A DNA stretch of 20,000 nucleotides from an uncultured virus (IMG/VR IMGVR_UViG_2721755796_000006) (Duplodnaviria; Heunggongvirae; Uroviricota; Caudoviricetes), in IMG/VR virus record IMGVR_UViG_2721755796_000006. One strand, written 5' to 3'. The position numbers were made by a program, and so were the translations under genes. This document shows positions 8,147 to 16,845 of this stretch, piece after piece. The stretch's first letter is position 1; each line of letters starts with the position of its first letter. A model generated the notes under the pieces. The model searched no databases, had not been told where the DNA came from, and saw only the letters and a program-made list of their open reading frames with translations.

Positions 8147-8398
8147 ATGAATGGAGTAAATAATAAACCAGATGCTATTTATGCCAACTTTGTAGCCATC
8201 AGTAATAGCGCATATGAAATGAGGATTGAGTTCTTGGTAGAATCTCCAGAACAAGATAATAGCCTAAAAGAGGTAGCCGATGTGAGAATCAGCCCTCAGT
8301 TAGCAAAGAAGATGTGTGAAATCCTAAAGGAAAGCATTGCAAGGTATGAGGAAAAAATTGGTGCGATACCGGCAATGAATGATGAAAGCGGTGAGTAG
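8147..8398 (+). CDS. DUF3467-like protein
   Basis: IYANFVAIS...EMRIEF...VADVRISPQLAKKMCEILKESIARYEEKIGAIP fits the DUF3467 pattern; AAGGGGG RBS. Confidence 0.8.
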   Translation: MNGVNNKPDAIYANFVAISNSAYEMRIEFLVESPEQDNSLKEVADVRISPQLAKKMCEILKESIARYEEKIGAIPAMNDESGE

Positions 8399-8400
8399 AG

Positions 8401-8916
8401 ATGACCATTTACACAGAACCTATTTGTTCTTGGCAAATTTTTAGTCCGCATATATTAGATGTTAGGAACAGGTATAGGAGAATAAGCCATAGTCATCCCA
8501 CAATAGAAACCAGACTAACCAGTCAAAAGGGCATATGGGATTATGATTCCGCAATGTGCTTAGAGGGGACATATATGGATATAGAAAAACAGGAGAATAT
8601 CAAGAAGCTGCACGAAATAGCAAAACTCCCATACAATTGGAATGAAAATTGCGCAGATTCATTCAGCCCACAGGTGATTTCGGAGTGTCTGGATATTGTG
8701 GACATGGTGCCGAGACAACCTGAAATCTTTCCAACTGCTGCGGAATCTATACAGATGGAATATGAAAAGGAAGACGGCGAGTATCTGGAGTTCAATATTT
8801 TTGAGAACCACATAGAGGTATTTGGGATTGGGCCTGACGGAACCGAAAAAGAAGCCCAGATGCCAATCGCGGACAAAGGAAAAATACAGCAGATGGTGAT
8901 GGAATTTTATGGATGA
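8401..8916 (+). CDS. Hypothetical protein, putative antitoxin/immunity partner (alternative start at 8575)
   Basis: Acidic core LHEIAKLPYNWNENCA...PEIFPTAAESIQMEYE...YLEFNI; overlaps the next gene by 8 nt; function is inferred. Confidence 0.65.
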   Translation: MTIYTEPICSWQIFSPHILDVRNRYRRISHSHPTIETRLTSQKGIWDYDSAMCLEGTYMDIEKQENIKKLHEIAKLPYNWNENCADSFSPQVISECLDIVDMVPRQPEIFPTAAESIQMEYEKEDGEYLEFNIFENHIEVFGIGPDGTEKEAQMPIADKGKIQQMVMEFYG

Positions 8917-9319
8917 AACGAAGACTGTGTACAGAAGAATGAGAAATCTACCGGATTACATTCGGAAAGATGGAAGCATATCATCGGCATTATTCAGCGA
9001 CAGAAACGGCGTATCTGTTGATATTGATGCAGGAAGAAGTCTTGAGGATATCATAAAGGATGAGGAACGTTTACATCAATCCTATCATCCTGGTATGTCA
9101 CAGGACGAAATGATAAGAACCAAGCGGGCATTGAAAGCAATTATTGCGGTTGAAAGAGAAGAATGTGAAAGTAAAAGTATTGTGATACAGCCTGAACCCA
9201 TCAGGGAAGAAAATGAATACCATGCAATCCTGAGACGTGACGATGGTACATTGCAATTGACCCACGGACAGTGTAAGCATTTATCTAACAAGTGTAGATA
9301 CGTAAAGAAATATTTTTAG
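8909..9319 (+). CDS. Hypothetical protein, putative ADP-ribosyltransferase/RES-like fold toxin
   Basis: Motif order VYRR (R9), SSALF, GVSVD (S36), EP..ENEYHAIL (H105); the CDS is solid but the fold is inferred. Confidence 0.6.
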   Translation: MDETKTVYRRMRNLPDYIRKDGSISSALFSDRNGVSVDIDAGRSLEDIIKDEERLHQSYHPGMSQDEMIRTKRALKAIIAVEREECESKSIVIQPEPIREENEYHAILRRDDGTLQLTHGQCKHLSNKCRYVKKYF

Positions 9320-9349
9320 CAATTGAGTGATATTCAAGAAATAAGTGAA

Positions 9350-9380
9350 AGGCGGGTACCGGATGCGACCGGACCCGCCT
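9350..9380. terminator. Strong GC-rich hairpin downstream of the moron operon
   Basis: AGGCGGGT(a)CCGG-atgcga-CCGGACCCGCCT; the U-rich tail is on the minus strand (TTTCACTT). Confidence 0.7.
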
Positions 9381-9390
9381 AAAAATATTT

Positions 9391-9525
9391 GGTAGGCAAC
9401 GTCTACCATTTGCCTACCTTGCACAAGTTTTTCTATAATACGCCTGGTTACGCTATAGTATTTCTGGTTTTTCTATTTCTTGAAAATCCCTTATTTTAAA
9501 AGATAATAAGTTACGCTATAATATT
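9391..9525. repeat. Repeat cluster, probable prophage attR arm region
   Basis: Inverted repeat GGTAGGCAA...TTGCCTACC (9391-9418) with internal GTCTACC; direct repeat GTTACGCTATAGTATT (9447-9462) / GTTACGCTATAATATT (9510-9525). Confidence 0.55.
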
Positions 9526-9660
9526 GTGTAGCACACATGATTTTTTGACATCGACTTACCGGGAACTGCGAAGTTTGTGTGGAATTGTGCCAAAATTAAA
9601 TATAATAAGGCGATATGTAAAAACGTTTTTTGAATTTAAATCAGAGGGGATGTGTATAAA

Positions 9661-10261
9661 ATGCCGGAGGACATAAATTGGAAGTTTGAATTAGAAGAAT
9701 ATATTAAACAGGGAGAACCGGAAAAAGCCGAGAAGAGTGAAGCCTGGCAAACTGCGGTTGGCTTACAGGCGGTTGACGGATTGAGGACTTCCGAGTATTT
9801 GCTTGAAACGGCGAAGTCACATATTGAAGGTAAGATTTACATTGATACGGCACAAAAGAAAATTCAAAGGTATTATAAGGAGAGGAAAAACGGGTTGAGA
9901 TAGAAGATGATACGAGAGAAGCAGATATTGTTTCATCAAGAATTGCAGCACTTCTTGGCGAAAAAACATTTCAGTTTTCACCGATGAAATAGATATTTTC
10001 ATTTGGACTATCATTCTGATACAGGAGAAAAAACAGTTCAAAGTGCAAAATGGCATTTTGAATTGCACTTTAGATGAATTAATACTTTTGAAGATTATAA
10101 AACAGGAACCAGCGATTACGCAAAAAAGCTGGCTATTAAAGTAGGAAAATCCGAGCGAACAATAAAAAAGAACAATAGAATTACAAGAAAAGGGATACAT
10201 CAGACGAGTTAATGGTAAAAGAAATGGACGATGGAAAACTCTTGGTGAATTAATGCAGTGA
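9661..10261 (+). pseudogene. fic: Fic-family protein (N-terminal VbhA-like region, C-terminal winged HTH) with frameshifts and the Fic core deleted
   Basis: EEYIKQGEPEKAEKSEAWQTAVGLQAVDGL; a shifted frame continues EDDTREADIVSSRIAALLGEKTFQFSP; then HTH fragments CTLDELILLKIIKQEPAITQK, VGKSERTIK and LQEKGYIRRVNGKRNGRW; no HPFxxGNGR. Confidence 0.75.
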
Positions 10262-10601
10262 GGTGATATTTTGGATTTGAATAGAAATGCAATAAATAGG
10301 CACATAAAGACGCATTCCAAGCGTTCTGTAGAAGATGAGGCAGCCGTTACAACATTAAATTCGTTTTTGAACTCAGATGGGAAAATAAACACAGATTTTT
10401 CTTATCATGATACTTGGCCGAACATTGATGGTTCATTCGAGTTTGTTTCAAACCCAGAATTATCAAGAATACCGGAACAGACTTTTATTGTTCAAATAAA
10501 AGGGACTAGTACAGCATTGCCAAAATAATAATGAATAGACGCTGCTTTTTTATTGTAGTCGGTGCATAATAATTCTATCACTAAAGAATGGATGTGTTAT
10601 T

Positions 10602-11096
10602 ATGCGAAGGAAAACAATTGATACTATCCCGGTTTTATCTGATGCCATGAAAAACATATTATCTGCTTTTTCAAAAAGCCGCTCCCTTCCGTCAGGACTG
10701 GTCAAAAGAGCCAGCATTGTCCTGCTTGCGTCACAGGGGGAACTCAACCAGAATATTGCACCACAGGTCGGGCTTCATTATAATAATGCTGCCACCTGGC
10801 GCAGTCGGTTCCTCGCGGCGCTCCCAGCCTTGCGGAGGATTGAAATGGACGACCCGGAAAAGCTTGAAGATGAGATACGGGCAGTCCTGTCCGATAAAAA
10901 ACGCCCCGGTGCCCCGTCTGTTTTTACGCCGGACCAGATCATGCGGATCATCGGCCTTGCCTGCGGCAGCCCAAATGATTTTGGGTACGAAGTAAGCCAG
11001 TGGAGCCTCCCGCTGTTAGTGGCAGAAATTAAAAAGCAGGGGATCGCTGAACAGATTTCTGAGAAATCTGTCAGCCGTTTTTTAAAAATGAGGTAG
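10602..11096 (+). CDS. IS630 transposase orfA (HTH DNA-binding part)
   Basis: Motifs RASIVLL, WRSRF, LSDKKRPGAPSVFT and WSLPLL...ISEKSVSRFLK. Confidence 0.85.
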   Translation: MRRKTIDTIPVLSDAMKNILSAFSKSRSLPSGLVKRASIVLLASQGELNQNIAPQVGLHYNNAATWRSRFLAALPALRRIEMDDPEKLEDEIRAVLSDKKRPGAPSVFTPDQIMRIIGLACGSPNDFGYEVSQWSLPLLVAEIKKQGIAEQISEKSVSRFLKMR

Positions 11097-11524
11097 ATTT
11101 ACATCCCCACAGAATCCGTTACTGGCTTCATTCTCCGGAAAAGACGGAAGGCCCGAAATCTTTTGCGCGGAAAGTAAACGAAATCTGCGGCCTGTACCAG
11201 AGCGCCCAGGAACAAAGCCGGGAAGGTGCACACATTGTTTCCACGGATGAAATGACCGGGGTACAGGCGCTGGAACATAAATATCCTGACAAGCTCCCAT
11301 TACCCGGCCAGTGCGCCAAAATGGAGTTTGAGTATATCCGCCATGGCACGGCCAGCCTCATCGGGTTCTTTGATGTTGCAACGGGCCGTATGGAAATGCC
11401 GTATTTAAACTCCACACGCACAGAAGAGGATTTTGTGGAAGCCGTGAAAGCATTGGTAAGGACAGACCCGCAAGCCCCATGGACATTTATATGCGATGGC
11501 CTAAACACCCATAAGTCGGAAGCT
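11087..11524 (+). pseudogene. IS630 transposase orfB (DDE domain, -1 frame), truncated
   Basis: NEVDLHPHRIRYWLHS...VSTDEMTGVQALE...EFEYIRHGT...ICDGLNTHKSE. Confidence 0.85.
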
Positions 11525-14017
11525 TTAATAGAATCACTGTATATACTAAAGAAAATATATCAACTAGATATTCTGTACAAATTGCTTATGAAAATGCAGA
11601 AATAAACTTATGGGGTGTAAAAAATAAAGTTAAAGTTGTGACGAATTGGAAAGTGTCTATTGACCCTAGATGTTTAAATTTGTTAAATAAAATTCTATAT
11701 AAAAGTACAAAAATTAGTTCTAATTATGGTGAGTATAACTCATTAATGAATTTCTTAACCAAGGCGGGTATGAACTTTTTGGATATCATTCGATTGAGTG
11801 ATGCAAATTATAACAAAGTACTAAATGATATTTTTGGAAAAACAAACACTTCAGAAATTAAAGAAATTTTAAATGAATTAAAACAAAAATACTCAAAATC
11901 ATCGAGTCAAAGTGGACAATATACAATACGATATATATTGCTCAATTTGAGGGAGGAGACAATAGAAGAAGTATTACCTGACTCTTATAATCCAAAGACA
12001 CTAAAAAATGGCCCATATATCTCAAGTAAATGTTATCCATTCGAAACAAAGCCATTCATTTCCAACATAGCAGGGGGAAAATCCAGTAAGGGTAGATTAA
12101 CGGATATTCTTGAAATTGTTGATGATCCTGAAAAGTATAATGTTGTACGACCTTATTTAGAAATTGAGAGGTATATAAGGGAAACAAGAGAAGTGTATTT
12201 TAATATAGATTCTGTTGCAAGCCAAGAGGAAGTTGATAAATATAACGCAAGTTTGGATGATTGGGAAAAAGGTCAAGGATTTTCAATAAAAAGTGACAAT
12301 AAATCACTTTTTATCGAGTCCTATGAAAAAACCACATTGTCCATAATAACCAAATTAATCTCTTTTTCTAAGTGCGAGAATAAAGGACAGAAGACTGTAA
12401 ATGAAAAACATATTAAAAAAAAAAGGGGGAGGGGGGTATCGATTTTGATGATAAGATAAAAGAGTTGGCTTTGAAAAATGCATTTGTACATACTAATGTA
12501 ATGCTTATTTATGGAGCAGCAGGGACAGGAAAGACTACACTGATGAATTATATATCAAATATGATGGGTGATTCTAAAAGTTGTTTCTTTCAAAAACACG
12601 TACAGCCTTAGAAAATTTAGAAAGAAATATAGATGATCCAGGAGCTAATAGTGATTTTAAAACAATTGATAGTTATGCAAAATCATGTATAATTTTAGAT
12701 TATGTTATTGTATTCATTGATGAGTGTAGCACTATAGATAATAGAACAATGGATATGTTTCTAAAAAAAGTAAATGAACAAACATTACTTGTCTTGTCAG
12801 GAGATGTATATCAAATTGAATCAATTGATTATGGAAATTGGTTCTATTATGCGAAAGATATTGTCAAATCAAAAGGTTCTAATGTTGAACTTTTTAGCAC
12901 ATGGAGAACTAACAAGCAAGAGTTAAGGAGTCTGTGGGAGGAAGTGAGAACTGTTAAATCGATAATTACAGAAAAGCTTTCCATGGACGGTCCATTTTCT
13001 TCTGATATTGGAGAAGATATATTTGTACACGAAGATGGTGAGATTGTATTGTGCTTAAATTATGATGGGAAATTTGGGTTAAATAATATGAATCTCTATT
13101 TTCGAAATGCGAATACATCTAGCAAAGCTTATTCGTGGAATGAATGGACATTTAAGGTTGGAGATCCGATTATTTTTGTGAATTCTAATCGTTCATCATT
13201 ACTTTACAATAATCTTACTGGAAGAATTGTTTCTATTTCAAAAAATGATAGTGCAATTTTATTTACGCTTGATGTTGATACAGTTTTAAATGAACAACAG
13301 TGTAGAAATGAGAGCTTTGAAGTATTGCAGGGAATGAAAACGAAGACAAGAATTCTGTTAGATGTAATTGTGTATAATGATGAAATGAAAGATGAAGACC
13401 GAATTAAGACAATTATTCCGTTTCAGATTGCATATGCAGTATCTATTCATAAAGCGCAGGGGTTAGAGTTTAATTCCGTAAAGATAGTAATTCCTTCAAA
13501 TAATGCGGAAAAAATAACCCATGATATATTTTACACTGCAATTACTCGTGCTAAGGAAAAACTAAGAATCTATTGGAGTGCTGAAACAATGCAAAGTATA
13601 GTGGAAAGGTTTGCCGAAGAGAAAAGAGAACAAAAATCGCTAATGTTGATTAAGAAAAAATTAGGTATAAATACTGATTAATAAGAAATTAAAAGAGCAA
13701 AAGAAAATAGATAGTACGGCAAAAAAGTAGTAGAAAAGGTTTTAAATACAGACAATATTCTTTTTAGATGTCGCGACATACCTCGGGCAGCTCTTAGAAA
13801 GAGTCGTTGATGTCTGTGACCAAACAAAGCTATATTGCTTCACTGGAGAAGTATTTGCAAATATTACGTGAAAATGGATGGACCTCAAACTGATGAATAC
13901 TTTTTAAGACAGCTAGATGAGATACAATGGTGATTTTGAGAATAGGGTTTGCAAAGAGAGGATTGCGATTTAGATAATGTGATTATGTATTTAAATATTT
14001 ATTGAGGAAAAGAAAAT

Positions 14018-15061
14018 ATGGCGAACAAGAAAAAAGAGATTACAATACACAGCTCAGCCGCAGAGTATCTAACATATGTGGCATCTACAGGTAATAGCTC
14101 AGATAGTCTTGAGATGCGCTATGAAGACGAGAACATCTGGCTGACACAGAAAATGATGGCTGCCTTATATGATGTTTCGGTTTCGGCAATCAATCAGCAC
14201 CTTAAAAGAATATTTGAAGATAATGAGCTGGTAGAAGAATCAGTTATTAAGAAATACTTAATAACTGCCTCGGATGGTAAATCCTACAGTACGAAACATT
14301 ATAACTTACAGGCAATCATTGCCGTTGGCTTTAAAGTGAACAACGACCGTGCCGTAAGATTCCGTAAATGGGCTGGTCAGATTGTCAAGGATTATACAAT
14401 TCAAGGCTGGACGATGGACAAAGAGCGCCTGAAAAAAGGGCATATGTTCACCGATGAATATTTTGAACGTCAGTTGGAAAATATTCGTGAGATACGCCTA
14501 TCTGAGCGCAAGTTTTATCAAAAGGTTACAGATCTCTATGCCACAGCGTTTGATTACGACAAAGATGCCAAGACTACCCGGCAGTTTTTCAAAATGGTAC
14601 AGAATAAGATGCATTGGGCCGTACACCGGCATACAGCAGCAGAATTGATTGTAGAGCGTGCAAATGCTGAAAAAGAGCATATGGGCCTGACAACATGGGA
14701 ATCAGCGCCAGATGGGAAAATTGTCAAAGCAGATGTTACTATTGCTAAGTACTACCTGAGCGAAAAGGAAATGTCCTATTTGGAAAGAATCGTTTCACTG
14801 TATCTTGACTATGCGGAGTTACAGGCGGAACGAAGAATACCGATGAGTATGGAGGACTGGGCAAAGCGCCTTGACGGATTCCTGGAGTTTAATGGAAACG
14901 AATTGCTGATGGGACCGGGAAAAGTCAGTGCGGAACAGGCGAAGCTTTATGCAGAAACTGAGTTTGAAAAATATCGTATTGTGCAGGATCGATTATTTAT
15001 GTCGGATTATGATAAGTATTTGTTGGAATTAGAACATCAAGCAAATCAAAATGGCGCGTAA
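14018..15061 (+). CDS. rhuM: Virulence RhuM family protein
   Basis: Motifs ENIWLTQKMMAALY, HYNLQAIIAVGFKVN, FRKWA, IREIRLSERKFYQKVTDLYA and VQNKMHWAV; intact 347 aa. Confidence 0.92.
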   Translation: MANKKKEITIHSSAAEYLTYVASTGNSSDSLEMRYEDENIWLTQKMMAALYDVSVSAINQHLKRIFEDNELVEESVIKKYLITASDGKSYSTKHYNLQAIIAVGFKVNNDRAVRFRKWAGQIVKDYTIQGWTMDKERLKKGHMFTDEYFERQLENIREIRLSERKFYQKVTDLYATAFDYDKDAKTTRQFFKMVQNKMHWAVHRHTAAELIVERANAEKEHMGLTTWESAPDGKIVKADVTIAKYYLSEKEMSYLERIVSLYLDYAELQAERRIPMSMEDWAKRLDGFLEFNGNELLMGPGKVSAEQAKLYAETEFEKYRIVQDRLFMSDYDKYLLELEHQANQNGA

Positions 15062-15434
15062 AGACAATTATATAGTTTCCGCCCAGGATCAATTCTGCCC
15101 TGGCAACATCATTATTATCCACTCAACAAATGTGGAGACCATTGTCGAATTATGTCAACATTTCTGAATTAAGAAGATTCAGGTAGTAGATAGAAAGAAA
15201 CAGCACTAAGTTTTCACAAGTATTAAATTCTATGGTATTATTTAAAGGAATATGTGGACAGGGCATTCAAAAGAAACTTGATGTCTTCTCAGTGAGATTG
15301 AACGATCTATCCTGTCAAAGTGATTCTGAGTTGCTTAATTTAATAAAATAGGAATATTTTTCGAATATGTAAACAATTTCTTTGTTTTTTATGAAAACTA
15401 GAGTATTATTGTAGCAAATAAAGGAGTTTCCAGT

Positions 15435-16113
15435 ATGGATAAACATAGATTTTCACAATTATATTGGAAAAACTATATTTCTGTAGAGAAGGAATTTATG
15501 CAGACACTAAGTTATATAGATTTTGATAAAGAAAACTATAAGGTTTTTTCTTCTGCGTATATTAAACTCTTATTGCAGATAGGAAGTGAAATTGACATAG
15601 TAGCAAAATCATTTTGTAGACATTATAATAACCTTTTAAATGTGAAAATTATTGATGAATATAGAAAAGAAATTTTAAAATATGTTCCCGATTTTGCCAG
15701 TGCAGAAGTGAAAATATTACAAGGCGATGGAATACAACCAATAAAGCCATAGGGAGCATGGAATATAACGGCAGCCACATCTCAACCATCCAATCCAATT
15801 TGGTGGAAGGTATATAATATGGTAAAACATCATAGAACAGAGTCCGGGAGTATAGAGGGAGAGTAAGGAGTATTATAAATTCGCCAACTTGGAATATACA
15901 TTATTTGCATTAGCAGGTTTATATCAAATATTAATTTATTATTTTTTTGAGTTAGCAAAAACAGAAAGAATAAAAGTACCGCTTCCAGGTTCACATTTGT
16001 TCGAACTATCTGGAGGAAAGTGGGATACTATAATTTTTTATCAGGATTTCGCTTTTTATGTGGATGATTCAGATGGCCATTTATATAGTGAAACGGGGGA
16101 GTTTATCTATTAG
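15435..16113 (+). pseudogene. Hypothetical (possibly HEPN-like) protein with a premature TAG and a frameshift
   Basis: AAGGAG RBS; the frame continues past TAG 15750-15752 as GAWNIT...NPIWWKVYNMVKHHR, then shifts near 15860 to SKEYYKFANLEYTLFALAGLY. Confidence 0.75.
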
Positions 16114-16633
16114 ATAGCTGTTTACTCGGATGCTTAGTATCGTATTATGTAGAAATATTTGAATATTTGATACATGTAGCATTTGAATTAAAGAATGAAA
16201 TTAAAACTAACCGATTGTGTGGAATAACAGGGGAAAAACACATAGACGATGAGAAGAGATTATATTAAATACTATAAACTTATCATTTGAAAGAGGTTTT
16301 TAACAGTGGAGATTTATATAGAGAGGCAATTGTTCGAAGATTTCGAGTAGCTCAAAGGGAAGGAACCCTGTCAGTAAATCGGGAGATTGAGATACAAAAT
16401 ACTTTTGCATGTGAAAGAGGATAAAGCATAAATTATAATAAGCCATCTGTTTTCTGTAATGTTGTGGTTTGAAAACATGATGATGTTTCAGCAAAAGTGG
16501 TATTTTGTTTCTTAGGCACCCGAATCACAACCTCAACAAATGGTGAAGTTTATGTGGAATTATGTCGAAAAAAGACATACCTTCTGGTCCGATGGAAAAA
16601 GAAGAAAAATTCGTAGTATCATAAGAAGATTTC

Positions 16634-16642
16634 TGGTATAAT
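16634..16642 (+). promoter_or_regulatory. Extended -10 promoter of the antitoxin-fic operon
   Basis: Perfect TGGTATAAT upstream of the GGAGGT RBS. Confidence 0.7.
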
Positions 16643-16669
16643 ACTACTAGGAAGGTGGAGGTGGAAATC

Positions 16670-16837
16670 TTGAAGAAAGATGCGGTAAAGTTAGCAAAAC
16701 AGGTTGCTGGAACCATGGCGATTGAAGGAATGAAGTTGAAACAGTCAGAGTATAATCAGCTTTTGCGTTGTGCTAATGGTCAACAATCAACTTCGGCAAC
16801 GATAAAGAAGGCTATTAGGCAATATACGGTCAAATAG
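16670..16837 (+). CDS. VbhA-family Fic antitoxin (probable TTG start at 16670)
   Basis: Inhibitory motif (S/T)xxxE(G/N) present as TMAIEG; 55 aa; immediately upstream of fic; GGAGGT 7 nt before the TTG. Confidence 0.82.
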   Translation: MKKDAVKLAKQVAGTMAIEGMKLKQSEYNQLLRCANGQQSTSATIKKAIRQYTVK

Positions 16838-16845
16838 GTGAAAAG

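Larger units (their letters stand above)
1..9550 (+). mobile_element. Prophage, right-hand end (baseplate, tail fibre, lysis and moron modules); the left end is outside the window and the right boundary is approximate
   Basis: Co-oriented, overlapping xkdQ/R/S/T/U-like genes, tail fibre genes, holin and endolysin in canonical order, followed by accessory genes and a repeat-rich non-coding region at 9390-9550. Confidence 0.9.
10509..11524 (+). mobile_element. IS630-family insertion sequence, truncated at the right end
   Basis: Begins after a TA dinucleotide (10507-10508); GC-richer than its flanks; HTH orfA and DDE orfB; ends abruptly after DGLNTHKSE with no third catalytic residue and no right inverted repeat. 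Confidence 0.88.
10271..13681 (+). pseudogene. Large gene with an N-terminal PD-(D/E)xK-like (DUF4365-like) domain and a C-terminal RecD-like SF1B helicase, disrupted by IS630, a deletion and two frameshifts
   Basis: N-terminal piece DTWPNIDGSFEF...FIVQIKGT (10271-10508); frame resumes at 11524 (FNRITVYTKEN...); Walker A GAAGTGKT at 12513-12536 in a third frame; FIDECS, LSGDVYQIESI, AYAVSIHKAQGLEF and YTAITRAK in 12581-13681. Confidence 0.75.

Noticed and set aside
9530..9600. tRNA or tmRNA 3' fragment as the att core
   Set aside because: No T-loop (GTTCGA) or CCA-ended stem could be recognised
9817..10392. 191-aa minus-strand ORF
   Set aside because: Antisense to Fic-HTH and helicase fragments that have recognisable motifs; its F/C/S/I-rich composition is typical of a shadow of A-rich coding DNA
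13760..13960. Coding-like remnant between the helicase and rhuM (…YIASLEKYLQILRENG…)
   Set aside because: Short, interrupted and not assignable to any family by eye
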